From NCBI RefSeq assembly GCF_001412615.1, contig NZ_CP013011.1, positions 1,890,001 to 1,922,000 on the forward strand: 32,000 nt of DNA, read 5' to 3'. Numbering within the stretch: the stretch's first letter is position 1; each line of letters begins with the position of its first letter. A program made the position numbers and the translations under genes. Shown here one piece after another: positions 14,210 to 23,269 of the stretch. The notes below the pieces were generated by a model, which saw only the letters and a program-made list of their open reading frames with translations, was not told where the DNA came from and did not search any database. The DNA is from Pyrodictium delaneyi. Its GTDB lineage: Archaea; Thermoproteota; Thermoprotei_A; Sulfolobales; Pyrodictiaceae.

Positions 14210-14623
14210 CTAGGATTTGGGCTTCACGGCTACTAGGAGTATTGTACGCCCCCACTTCTTAACAGTCTTAAGCTCCCTCGCCCTGGAGTATGCTGCCGCT
14301 CTCTTCCCGTTATCCCATACAAAGAGTATGCCAGTACGCCAGTCGGTACCCTTCATGTAGCTCATGAGCTGTTCTACACCACGATCTACTACAGATGCAG
14401 ACGATGTTAGCTTAACCTCTATGGGGACCTCCACCCTGCCTCGCGGTTTCCTCACCACCAGATCCGGCCTGGCACGGCCACCAGTATAGTTGACATAGTA
14501 CCTCTTAGAGGCTAGGTAGAGGTAGAGGAGACCATGCAGGCAGTTTTCGTTCTCGGGCTCGATGGGGACTAGGCGAGGAAACTCTCCTCCAAGAAGCGAG
14601 GCGAGTTCCTCAGCAATGCCCAT
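14210..14623 (-). CDS. PD-(D/E)XK nuclease-fold protein (137 aa)
   Basis: The motifs are GRARPDLVV (Asp) and VPIEVKL (E-x-K), followed by QLMSY. This is typical of a restriction-endonuclease-like core. Confidence 0.6.
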   Translation of the reverse strand: MGIAEELASLLGGEFPRLVPIEPENENCLHGLLYLYLASKRYYVNYTGGRARPDLVVRKPRGRVEVPIEVKLTSSASVVDRGVEQLMSYMKGTDWRTGILFVWDNGKRAAAYSRARELKTVKKWGRTILLVAVKPKS

Positions 14624-14896
14624 GTGCTCACCTGTTTACACTAGAACTCCTCCACTCTATTCTATATACATATACGCATCTATACTAGATATACTCGATG
14701 TGCTACAGTAATACCACATTAAAATGATCATGTCTGCCTCCTTAGCTAGAGATAAGAAGCTACAACGCTAGCTCGATGAACACCTAAATAATGGTAATAC
14801 ATCCTTGTTGTGATGTTGCCATATTACTACATGGGCTCCACTTAGTGTATTCTAGGCTTGTATATATAGAGCTGGGTCCTGGGTATACTTGTTCTG

Positions 14897-15688
14897 GTGC
14901 TGTGTGTGGCTGGCTCACTCCGGCTGGAGCTGGACGGCGAGGCTGCTAGGGCTCTCGAGAGCCTAGCAAGGGCGACAGGAAGGCCGGCCAGAGAGGTTGT
15001 CGAGAGGCTGATCTACGCGGCGAGTGGTATCGTGGAGCCGGTGCCGCCTAGCAGTCTTGCCCCTGGGCAGCTGAGCCTCAGCATGCTTGTACGGCTAGTT
15101 TCCTCCTCGGCGCTGCTGGCCGAGTTCATAGACTACGCTGTGTTTAGGGGGTTCCTGGGCCTCCTGGAGACTATGAGCGTGGAGAATGTGGTGTGCTACG
15201 TCCCAAGCAAGGAGCTACAGGAAAAGGGCTGCAGTGCTACCAACGGCGCGTCCATAGAGCTCGTGGCCTCGGGAGACGAGGCCCCCTTTAGCAGCCTTAG
15301 CCTCGGCGTGGTGTTCCCGGCTGACGGCCACTCGCACGCCCAAGTGGAGGTCCAGGGCGACGTCATCGTAGAGGTGCCGGAGGGCGTTGGCCTGGAGGAG
15401 GCTGTGAAAATTGCTAGAAGGGTTGTAGGCTATGCCCGGAGGACCCGGCTCTACCGGGAGCTCGAAGACTACCTAGCGAGTGACGGCGACATGTACTACT
15501 ACAGCGTGGACATCAACGTAGAGGGCGAGGAGCCCCTGGACAGGGACGGTGGCTACGTGGCTGTGGCCGTGGAGGTTGAGGCTGAGGGTCTCCCGGGGCT
15601 TCTTCTCCCGTTTGACCTGGCCCCGGTGCTGGGGCTCGCCCGCTATATCAGGGTGAGGCTCGGGGAGAAGCTGGCGCGCAGAGGCTAG
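14897..15688 (+). CDS. Hypothetical protein with an N-terminal RHH-like motif (LRLELDGEAARALESLARATGRPAREVVERLIY) and an acidic C-terminal domain
   Basis: 263-aa GTG-start ORF, with T-rich tracts downstream (15735-15752). Confidence 0.55.
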   Translation: MLCVAGSLRLELDGEAARALESLARATGRPAREVVERLIYAASGIVEPVPPSSLAPGQLSLSMLVRLVSSSALLAEFIDYAVFRGFLGLLETMSVENVVCYVPSKELQEKGCSATNGASIELVASGDEAPFSSLSLGVVFPADGHSHAQVEVQGDVIVEVPEGVGLEEAVKIARRVVGYARRTRLYRELEDYLASDGDMYYYSVDINVEGEEPLDRDGGYVAVAVEVEAEGLPGLLLPFDLAPVLGLARYIRVRLGEKLARRG

Positions 15689-15875
15689 TCTCTTAGCTGG
15701 CTTAGGCGCTGTCCTATCCTGTACATGGGCTTGTTTTTGCGTCTTTCTTTCCTTACTGCCTCGGACGACGTGTTGTCGTGCGCCGGCTCGGCTGTGGGAC
15801 TGTATTTTGGGGGCCTGGGGCGTAGTGTAGAGGGGAGGCCTCCTCCGCTCTACTCTGTGTCTCTGGTGCTGGGCT

Positions 15876-16760
15876 GTGGCTGGGCTCGAGGACAGTCTAC
15901 GGGGCTTCCTGGTGGAGTTGATCCGTACTGCTGTTACGCGGCTTCCCCGTGACGTGTATGAGGCGTTGGAGAGGGCGCTGGAGGCTGAGGAGAACCCTGT
16001 GGCCCGGCGGCAGCTGGAGGCTATGCTGGAGAATGTGAGGCTCGCTGTCCGGCTTGGGAGGCCGTTGTGCCAGGATACGGGTACTCCGGTCTTCTACCTC
16101 CGGGTGGGTGACGGGTTTCCGCTCCGTAGCAGGCTCTACGAGGTCGTCGCGGAGGCTGTACGGGAGGCTACCCGGGTTGTGCCGCTGCGGCCTAACGCTG
16201 TGGACCCGTTGAGGGGCAGGAATAGCGGCGATAATACTGGCCGCTATGTGCCCTGGGTGGAGGTCGAGCTTGTCCCCGGCGACGGGCTGGAGGCTGTGTT
16301 CGTGGCTAAGGGTGGTGGGAGTGAGGCGCCTACGCGGCTAGTCATGGCGCTGCCGCTGCGGGGCTGGGAGGCGGTCAGGGAGGCTGTGCTCCGGGCGGTG
16401 GCGGAGGCTGGGCCTAAGCCGTGCCCGCCATTCGTGGTGGGCGTCGGCATTGCTGCTGGGGGTGACCAGGCTCTCTCCCTGGCTAAGCGTGCCGCGTTGT
16501 TGAGGCCTCTTGGGTCGCGGCACCCTGACCCAGAGGCTGCGCGGCTGGAGGAGGAGCTCCTGGAGGAGGTTAACCGGCTGGGGTTAGGGCCCCATGGCTT
16601 CGGGGGCCGGGTGACCGCCCTGGACCTCCACATCGAGTACGGGTTCCGCCACCCCGCGACCTACGCTGTGGGGGTAGTGTTCAGCTGCTGGGCGCTCCGC
16701 CGCGCTAGTGGCGTGTTCGAGCCGGACGGCTCATGGAGGATAACCTCGGAGCACATCTAG
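15876..16760 (+). CDS. Fumarate hydratase class I (Fe-S hydro-lyase), alpha subunit
   Basis: The motifs are LCQDTGTP, VAKGGGSE and GIGIGG-like VGVGIAAGG. Length is about 290 aa. Confidence 0.85.
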   Translation: MAGLEDSLRGFLVELIRTAVTRLPRDVYEALERALEAEENPVARRQLEAMLENVRLAVRLGRPLCQDTGTPVFYLRVGDGFPLRSRLYEVVAEAVREATRVVPLRPNAVDPLRGRNSGDNTGRYVPWVEVELVPGDGLEAVFVAKGGGSEAPTRLVMALPLRGWEAVREAVLRAVAEAGPKPCPPFVVGVGIAAGGDQALSLAKRAALLRPLGSRHPDPEAARLEEELLEEVNRLGLGPHGFGGRVTALDLHIEYGFRHPATYAVGVVFSCWALRRASGVFEPDGSWRITSEHI

Positions 16761-17407
16761 CCCTTGTAGGGGGCCTGGTGGCCGTGTCCCGTGTCTATCG
16801 TCTCTCGACCCCGCTTGGGGAGGACGAGGTCCGCCGTCTACGGGCTGGTGACGTGGTCTACCTCTCGGGGCTCGTGTTCACGGCGCGTGATGCGGCGCAC
16901 CGCAGGATAATCGAGGTCCTGGAGTCTGGTGGGGAGCTGCCCTTCCCGACCCGGGGCCTCGCAGTCTACCACGCGGGCCCGGTGGCCCGGAGGCGCGACG
17001 ACGGTGGATGGGAGATACTCGCGGCCGGGCCCACTACGAGCGCGCGTATGGAGCCGGTTGAGCCGGATTTCATCAGGCTTACCGGCGTCCGGATGGTGAT
17101 AGGCAAGGGTGGTATGGGCCGGGGGACTGCGGAGGCTTGCCGCCGCTACGGCGCTGTCTACGCCGTCTTCACTGGGGGCGCCGCTGTGCTGGCGGCGAGG
17201 GCTGTGGAGAGGGTTGAGGCTGTCTACTGGCTCGAGGAGCTGGGCATGGCTGAGGCTGTCTGGCTGCTCCGTGTCCGCGACTTCGGCCCCCTAACGGTGG
17301 TGATCGACTCGACGGGGCGTAACCTCTACGACGAGGTCATGACCCGGGTCCGGGAGAGGCTAGAGGAGCTACTGGGAGGCGCCGGGGGCGGTGGTCGAGG
17401 TAGTTGA
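16733..17407 (+). CDS. Fumarate hydratase class I, beta subunit (true start possibly GTG 16778)
   Basis: The motifs are [32 protein letters not shown] and IGKGGM. GGGGG lies 7 nt before GTG 16778. Confidence 0.85.
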   Translation: MEDNLGAHLALVGGLVAVSRVYRLSTPLGEDEVRRLRAGDVVYLSGLVFTARDAAHRRIIEVLESGGELPFPTRGLAVYHAGPVARRRDDGGWEILAAGPTTSARMEPVEPDFIRLTGVRMVIGKGGMGRGTAEACRRYGAVYAVFTGGAAVLAARAVERVEAVYWLEELGMAEAVWLLRVRDFGPLTVVIDSTGRNLYDEVMTRVRERLEELLGGAGGGGRGS

Positions 17408-19139
17408 GCACGATGTGCTCGTGATAGGCTCGGGGCTCGCGGGGCTACGGACTGCCCTGGAGATCAAGCGGAGCCCTGGCGGCGACAGGGTAGACGTGGC
17501 TATCGTCAGCAAGGTCCAGCTGATGAGGAGTCATAGCGTGGCCGCGGAGGGCGGCACCGCCGCCGTACTCTACCCCGAGGAGGGCGACAGCGTCGCGCTC
17601 CACGCCTGGGACACTGTTAAGGGCAGCGACTTCCTCGCCGACCAGGACGCTGTCTGGACTATGGTGAAGCTGGCGCCGGAGGAGATACGGCTGCTAGAGC
17701 GCTGGGGTATGCCCTGGAGCCGCCGGCCCGACGGGAGGATAGCCCAGCGGCCCTTCGGCGGCCACAGCTTCCCGAGAGCCTGCTACGCGGCCGACAAGAC
17801 CGGGTTCTTCGAGATGCAGACCCTCTACGGCAGGCTCCAGGCCTTCGACGGCTGGACACGGTACGACGAGGTCTACGTGACCAGCATCATCGTCGAGGAC
17901 GGCTGGTTCCGCGGGGCCACGGCCCTGGACCTCCGGAGCGGCGAGCTACTCGTGTTCAGGGCGAGGGCGGGCGTAATCGCGACCGGGGGCGCGGGCCGGA
18001 TCTACAAGTTCACGACCTACAGCCACTCCAGCACCGGCGATGGGCTCGCGATGGCTCTCCGGGAGGGGATCCCCCTCAAGGACATGGAGTTCATACAGTT
18101 CCACCCCACGGGGCTGGTGCCGAGCGGGATACTGATCACTGAGGGCGCCCGTGGCGAGGGCGGCTACCTCGTCAACGCCAAGGGAGAACGGTTCATGAAG
18201 CGCTACGCGCCGGAGCGGATGGAGCTAGCTCCCCGCGACGTGGTCTCGAGGGCCATCATGACCGAGATAATGGAGGGCCGGGGGCTACGCGACGAGTTCA
18301 CCGGGCTAGACTACGTGCTCCTCGACCTCCGCCACCTAGGCGAGGAGCGGATAAGCGAGCGGCTCCCCGCGGTCAGGGAGATAGCAATCAAGCACGCCGG
18401 GGTAGACCCCGTTGAGGAGCCTATCCCGGTGCGCCCTGTAGCCCACTACACTATGGGCGGGATACACACGGACAGCTACTACCGCGTCCTCACAGCCGAG
18501 GGCCGCTGGGTACGCGGCCTGTGGGCCGCGGGTGAGGCTGCCTCTGCGAGCATCCACGGTGCTAACCGGCTAGGCTCGAACAGCACCATAGAGTGCCTTG
18601 TCAGCGGGAGGCTTGTGGGCCGCCAAGTGCTCCGCTTCCTGGAGAAGCACCCCGAGGCCCTCAGGGGGCCTAGCAGGGAGAGGGTGGAGAGGGAGGAGAA
18701 GTGTGTCTACGACGAGTTGCTGAAGCGGGAGAGCGGGGAGAGCGTCTACGAGGTCCGCGAGCGGCTACAGGAGACGATGGACCGCTACGTATACGTCTTC
18801 CGCGACAGGAGTGGCCTCGAGGAGGCAGTGCGCCGGATAAAGAGGCTACGCGGGGCTATGAAGAACGTCTATCCCCATGACAAGAGCAGGGTGTACAACA
18901 CCGACCTAGTGGCCGTGCTCGAGACCGCTAACATGCTTGACGTGGCGCTGGCCGTGGCTGTCTCGGCGCTCGCCCGGACCGAGAGCAGGGGCGCCCACTA
19001 CCGGGTTGACTACCCCCGCCGCGACGACGAGAACTGGCTGAAACACACGCTGGCCGTGATGAACGCGAACGGTGAGATCGAGCTGGGCTACACCCCGGTC
19101 CGGATAACCACCTGGAAGCCCGTAGAGAGGAGGTACTAG
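17391..19139 (+). CDS. sdhA: Succinate dehydrogenase / fumarate reductase flavoprotein subunit
   Basis: The motifs are [15 protein letters not shown] fold, [18 protein letters not shown] and [10 protein letters not shown]. Confidence 0.9.
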   Translation: MVEVVEHDVLVIGSGLAGLRTALEIKRSPGGDRVDVAIVSKVQLMRSHSVAAEGGTAAVLYPEEGDSVALHAWDTVKGSDFLADQDAVWTMVKLAPEEIRLLERWGMPWSRRPDGRIAQRPFGGHSFPRACYAADKTGFFEMQTLYGRLQAFDGWTRYDEVYVTSIIVEDGWFRGATALDLRSGELLVFRARAGVIATGGAGRIYKFTTYSHSSTGDGLAMALREGIPLKDMEFIQFHPTGLVPSGILITEGARGEGGYLVNAKGERFMKRYAPERMELAPRDVVSRAIMTEIMEGRGLRDEFTGLDYVLLDLRHLGEERISERLPAVREIAIKHAGVDPVEEPIPVRPVAHYTMGGIHTDSYYRVLTAEGRWVRGLWAAGEAASASIHGANRLGSNSTIECLVSGRLVGRQVLRFLEKHPEALRGPSRERVEREEKCVYDELLKRESGESVYEVRERLQETMDRYVYVFRDRSGLEEAVRRIKRLRGAMKNVYPHDKSRVYNTDLVAVLETANMLDVALAVAVSALARTESRGAHYRVDYPRRDDENWLKHTLAVMNANGEIELGYTPVRITTWKPVERRY

Positions 19140-19162
19140 ATCAGCCTAGAGGGGATGCAGGA

Positions 19163-19558
19163 GTGGCTAGACTACGTGTCCCGAACAACCCGGAGAGGCT
19201 CGCATACCGGCTGCACCGGGTCACCGGGCTCATACTGCTAGCCTACTTCATGGCCCACGCTGTGTCTATGGGCGGGATGCTGGCTGGCTACACCTGGCTA
19301 GCAGAGCCCGCGGCCGCCATAGTCTCGTCAAAGACCCTCCGCTTCGCCGTAGCCGCTGCAGCAGCGTTCCACGGGCTCAACGGCCTGAGGCTCATACTGG
19401 TAGAGGCTCTAGGACTCGGCCTAGGCAAGCCGGGGATACCCCGGCCACCCTACATATCCACAAGTCTACGCTCGGCACAACGACTGCTACTCCACTTTGT
19501 TGTCGTCCTCGCAGGCCTAGCCGTCGCCCTAGCAGCCTACCTACTCATAGCATGGTGA
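19163..19558 (+). CDS. sdhC: Succinate dehydrogenase membrane anchor (cytochrome b-like) subunit C
   Basis: Three TM segments with HRVTG and FHGLNGLRLILVE motifs. It lies between sdhA and sdhB. Confidence 0.7.
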   Translation: MARLRVPNNPERLAYRLHRVTGLILLAYFMAHAVSMGGMLAGYTWLAEPAAAIVSSKTLRFAVAAAAAFHGLNGLRLILVEALGLGLGKPGIPRPPYISTSLRSAQRLLLHFVVVLAGLAVALAAYLLIAW

Positions 19559-19564
19559 TGGGCC

Positions 19565-19885
19565 GTGGCGTCGTGGGGTTGGAGGCTTGAGGCGCTGCGG
19601 CAGCTGCTCAGCTATGTTGCTGCAGCCTTGCTGGCAGTAGCTCTACCCCTCCACCTCCTAGAACACGTTCCTGTTGACTGGCTCCGACAGCCCCCGAGGC
19701 CCTGGGTCCTCTGGACAGTCCTCCTGGCCGCGGGGTTTCATGGGCTCAACGGGCTCCGCAGTATACTGCTCGAACGTGTCCACGGTAGACGGGGCCGGGC
19801 AGTTGTTGAGGCGTTGTTCTGGATCCTCCTAGCCCTCGTTGTGGCTGTTGGCGCCACAGGACTAGCCAGGACAATAGGGTGGTGA
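19565..19885 (+). CDS. sdhD: Succinate dehydrogenase membrane anchor subunit D
   Basis: Three TM segments and FHGLNGLRSILLE, paralogous to the preceding ORF. Confidence 0.65.
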   Translation: MASWGWRLEALRQLLSYVAAALLAVALPLHLLEHVPVDWLRQPPRPWVLWTVLLAAGFHGLNGLRSILLERVHGRRGRAVVEALFWILLALVVAVGATGLARTIGW

Positions 19886-19891
19886 AGGACC

Positions 19892-20782
19892 GTGACCGGG
19901 GAAGAGCGTAGGGAGCTAGTGCTCAGGGTGCATCGCTACAGCCCCGAGGAGCGCCGGAGCTGGATCCAGGAGTACAGGGTGCCCCTCTACCGCGGCATGA
20001 CGGTGCTCGACGCGCTACTCTACATCAAGCAGCGTCTGGATCCGACCCTCGTATTCCGCTATAGCTGCCGGATGGGCACCTGTGGTAGCTGCGGTGTACT
20101 CGTAAATGGGGAGCCTCAGTTGGCCTGCCAGACCCAGGTAGCCAGTATAGCAAAGGACAATGTGGTCGAGGTTGGGCCGCTGCCCGGCTACCCTGTAGTG
20201 CGGGACCTCGTCATCGACATGACCCGTGTCTTCGAGAATCACCGCCGTGTGAAACCCTACATAGTCCGCCGCGACCCCCGCGAGGTAGAGGAAGCACCCC
20301 GCGAGTTCCTGATGACCCCGGAGCAGCACCTAGAGATATACCAGTTCAGCCTATGTATAATGTGCGGGCTCTGTAACGCCGCCTGCCCCGTATACCACGC
20401 GAACCCTCGTTATCTGGGCCCCCAGGCCCTGACGCAGGCGTATCGTTTCATCGTGGATGTACGCGACGAGGCCGCGGAGGAGCGTATAGCGTTAGTCGCG
20501 AACCCCGACGGCTGCTTTGGCTGCCACTTCGCCGCCAGCTGTAGCGCAGTCTGCCCCAAGGCAGTAGATCCTGCTGGCGCGATACAGAGGCTACGCAGCA
20601 TAGCGATACGTGCATCCCTAGGCCTATGGAGGAAGAGAGCCAGCAAAGTGGCGCCGCCACTAGAGAAGCCGCTACGAAGGGTAGAAGCCAGCTATCCTAC
20701 CGGGAACCTGGTAGAGGGAGCCGACCCCGAGGAGGAGGCCGCGCGGCCAGTACAGCTCGACATAGACCCCGAAGAACTATGA
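19892..20782 (+). CDS. sdhB: Succinate dehydrogenase iron-sulfur subunit, with a ~60-aa acidic/basic C-terminal extension
   Basis: The Cys clusters are CRMGTCGSCG, CIMCGLCNAACP and CFGCHFAASCSAVCP. Confidence 0.9.
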   Translation: MTGEERRELVLRVHRYSPEERRSWIQEYRVPLYRGMTVLDALLYIKQRLDPTLVFRYSCRMGTCGSCGVLVNGEPQLACQTQVASIAKDNVVEVGPLPGYPVVRDLVIDMTRVFENHRRVKPYIVRRDPREVEEAPREFLMTPEQHLEIYQFSLCIMCGLCNAACPVYHANPRYLGPQALTQAYRFIVDVRDEAAEERIALVANPDGCFGCHFAASCSAVCPKAVDPAGAIQRLRSIAIRASLGLWRKRASKVAPPLEKPLRRVEASYPTGNLVEGADPEEEAARPVQLDIDPEEL

Positions 20783-20836
20783 CCGCGAGGTGCTGAATTT
20801 GTCCCCTGGGGTTCTGTTTATCCCGTGGAATCGAGG

Positions 20837-21511
20837 TCATAGGAGTAGCTCGTCTATACTGCCTGTCTCTACTTTGCCGTTCTCGACTAGTACTGCGCGG
20901 CTAGCTATCCGGGCTGCGAGGTAAGTGTCATGCGTCGCTATAGCTGCTCCAGTACCACTGCTAGCTAGCTTCTCGAGGACGTTGAGGAGTAGACGGCGCT
21001 TCTCCCGGTCAAGGTGGGCGAAGGGCTCGTCTAGAAGGAGTATCTTAGGCTCGACGGCTAGCGCTCGGGCTATCGCGACTAGCTGCTGCTGGCCCCTGGA
21101 GAGCCCCGTGGCTGGTCTGTCTAGGAGCCCGTCTATACCTAGGAGTCTTGCTGCCTCCAGGGCGCGGCGCTGAGCCTTCTCGCGGTCTAGGCCTCTTATG
21201 CGGAGCCCGTAGACTATGTTGTCGAGGACTGTGCCACGGATGAGTATGGGTCTCTCGTGTACGTAGACTATTCTCCGGCGGAGTGCGAGCCTCTCGGCCC
21301 CAGGGGCCTCCCAGAGGTCACGGCCCCAGGCCTCTACGCGGCCGCGCATCGGCCGGTAGATCCCGGCGGCTATCTTCATGAGTGTCGTCTTGCCGGCGCC
21401 GTTGGGCCCGACTATGGCTAGCACTTCGCCCTCACGTATCTCGACGTCTATGCCGCGTAGGACCCAGTTGTTGTCGCTGTAGCGGTACCAGACATCCTTG
21501 AGCCTTATCAT
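20837..21511 (-). CDS. tupC: ABC transporter ATP-binding protein (tungstate/molybdate-type)
   Basis: Walker A is GPNGAGKTT, the signature is LSRGQQQ, and Walker B is ILLLDEP. It is co-operonic with the permease and the TTTS-type binding protein. Confidence 0.85.
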   Translation of the reverse strand: MIRLKDVWYRYSDNNWVLRGIDVEIREGEVLAIVGPNGAGKTTLMKIAAGIYRPMRGRVEAWGRDLWEAPGAERLALRRRIVYVHERPILIRGTVLDNIVYGLRIRGLDREKAQRRALEAARLLGIDGLLDRPATGLSRGQQQLVAIARALAVEPKILLLDEPFAHLDREKRRLLLNVLEKLASSGTGAAIATHDTYLAARIASRAVLVENGKVETGSIDELLL

Positions 21512-22170
21512 GGCTGTCCTAGCCTCCGGACGAGCCTTAGGCCGAGCGAGACAGCGACCATGATTACTACGAGGATCGCGCCAAGGCTTACTGCGTCCTC
21601 GAACTCGCCCTTAGACACCTCCAGGGCTATAGCTGTAGTGAGGGTGCGGGTGTAGCCTCGTATATTCCCGCCAATCATCAATGCTACGCCTAGTTCTCCT
21701 ACTGCCCGGGAGAAGCCCATTACGAGGGCCGCTACTAGGCCGGGCGCTGCCTCGCGGACTGCTAGGGCCATTGCCTGGGCCTCACTGGCGCCGAGGCTGA
21801 GAGCTAGCTCCCCGTAGGTCTCGACTGCGCCGCGGAGAACCCGGTAGGCGACGCTCACTAGGAGCGGTGTTATCAGTACAGCCTCGCCTACTATTATGGC
21901 TGTAGGGGTGTAGAGCAGGTTCAGGAAGCCAAGAGGCCCCTGGCGGCTTAGGAGAAAATAGAGTAGGAGACCGACCAGCACTGTGGGGACGCCGACTAGC
22001 GCCTCTGTAACCGCCGTTACTGCCTGTAACCTCCTCTTTGCAGCCATCATGTACGCTAAGGGGAGGCTCCATAGGGCTGCTAGTAGGGTAGCTGTACCCG
22101 AGACGTATAACGAGCGTAGCGTAATGTCCGCGAGTTCGTTGCCCATCATAGCGTGTCTAGCCTCGTCCAA
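21508..22170 (-). CDS. tupB: ABC transporter permease (tungstate/molybdate-type)
   Basis: About 6 TM segments, with an EAA-like loop SLGASEAQAMALAVREAAPG. It overlaps the ATPase gene by 4 nt. Confidence 0.85.
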   Translation of the reverse strand: MDEARHAMMGNELADITLRSLYVSGTATLLAALWSLPLAYMMAAKRRLQAVTAVTEALVGVPTVLVGLLLYFLLSRQGPLGFLNLLYTPTAIIVGEAVLITPLLVSVAYRVLRGAVETYGELALSLGASEAQAMALAVREAAPGLVAALVMGFSRAVGELGVALMIGGNIRGYTRTLTTAIALEVSKGEFEDAVSLGAILVVIMVAVSLGLRLVRRLGQP

Positions 22171-22203
22171 CAGCGGAGAGCGCTGTGGCCCGGTGGGCGA
22201 TTT

Positions 22204-23094
22204 TTAGCCCTTGGCTAGCATTTCCCAGGCCGCCTGTAGCTCCTTCTCGTGGCCCTCAGCGGGGTAGAATAGTGGCTGCCCGTACTTGTCGACACCGTAG
22301 CGGCCTATGAGATTCTGGTTGTTGTAGACGAATTCTGCGAACTTCTCAGCGTACTCGCGTTCCTTCCCGGTACAGCTTGTCACCAGGTATATGCTGTAGA
22401 TGTTGATTAGCTCGGTGCTGTTGCTGTATAGGAGTTCTATCCCTGGCAGCTTACCGTCCTTCTTCAGCTTTAGGTAGGTACCGATGTCGCTGAGCGTGTA
22501 GGCGCCAAGCTCGCTAGCCATGACTAGTGTCTGTGACATGCCCTGGCCGCTCTCGAGGTACCAGCTCCGCCCCCGCGGGTCTAGGCCAGCGAGCTTCCAT
22601 ATACTCATCTCCTTCACATGGGTACCCGAGTTGTCGCCGCGACTCACGAACTTTGCCTTACCTGCCTCGCCTGCCTCGTATATCCTCCGGAAGGCGTCAA
22701 CAGCATTCTCTGCCATCTTCACGTTAGCGGGGTCGTCTGGAGGCCCAACTATTATGAAGTAGTTGTAGGCGAATATCTTGTGCCCGGTTATCACGCCCTT
22801 CTCCATGTACTGCTTCTCGAGGCTAGGAGCGTGCACGAAGACCATACACGCGTCTCCGCGTTCAGCCCGGCGCAGCGCCTCACCGCTCCCCACAGCTATG
22901 AAGTCTATCTCCACATTTGGGTACTTTTCTTTGAACTTGTCAGCTAGATAGTCTAGGAGCCCTGTCGCGTAGAGGCTAGTAGTCGTAGTCACTCGTACAC
23001 GAACCGGCTCCGAGCTACTCCCCATCGCTATGTATAGTGCTACTGCAGCGGCCGCTACGAGGATTATAGCCGCTATGAGTAGCTTCCGATCCAT
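22204..23094 (-). CDS. tupA: Tungstate/molybdate substrate-binding protein, TupA-like
   Basis: It has an N-terminal TM or lipobox-like anchor. The TTTS motif (RVTTTTSLYATG) is characteristic of TupA-family binding proteins, and it has a PBP fold length. Confidence 0.75.
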   Translation of the reverse strand: MDRKLLIAAIILVAAAAVALYIAMGSSSEPVRVRVTTTTSLYATGLLDYLADKFKEKYPNVEIDFIAVGSGEALRRAERGDACMVFVHAPSLEKQYMEKGVITGHKIFAYNYFIIVGPPDDPANVKMAENAVDAFRRIYEAGEAGKAKFVSRGDNSGTHVKEMSIWKLAGLDPRGRSWYLESGQGMSQTLVMASELGAYTLSDIGTYLKLKKDGKLPGIELLYSNSTELINIYSIYLVTSCTGKEREYAEKFAEFVYNNQNLIGRYGVDKYGQPLFYPAEGHEKELQAAWEMLAKG

Positions 23095-23135
23095 CTTGCC
23101 TCAACCGCTTGGGGTTAACCTCATGTGGGCGAAAT

Positions 23136-23168
23136 TTATCCGTTACCCGATACCCGGTAACGGGATAA
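23136..23168. promoter_or_regulatory. Imperfect palindrome TTATCCGTTACC-N-GGTAACGGGATAA overlapping the AAATTTAT (TATA-like) box of tupA. Candidate operator
   Basis: The arms match 12/13 with one indel. It lies 42-74 nt upstream of the tupA ATG, in the divergent region shared with the regulator gene. Confidence 0.55.
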
Positions 23169-23269
23169 CCGGACGCGTACAGCTCTAAGAGCTGCAGAGA
23201 CACTAACCAGTAGCCTGGAAAACCAAGGCACCCCTACAGTGTACTTCGAGTCCGCTGGAGGAGGGTAAT

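Noticed and set aside
14624-14896. Chromosomal replication origin or C/D-box sRNA in the AT-rich island
   Set aside because: I saw no inverted ORB-type repeats flanking the AT-rich core and no adjacent orc1/cdc6 gene. ATGATCA/GTGATG strings are not paired with CTGA D-boxes at sRNA spacing. It is reported only as a low-interest observation.
15725-15952. 75-aa ORF between the RHH-domain gene and fumarase alpha
   Set aside because: It spans a T-rich terminator-like intergenic region and runs into the fumarase start. It has no SD or TATA at a sensible distance and an odd composition.
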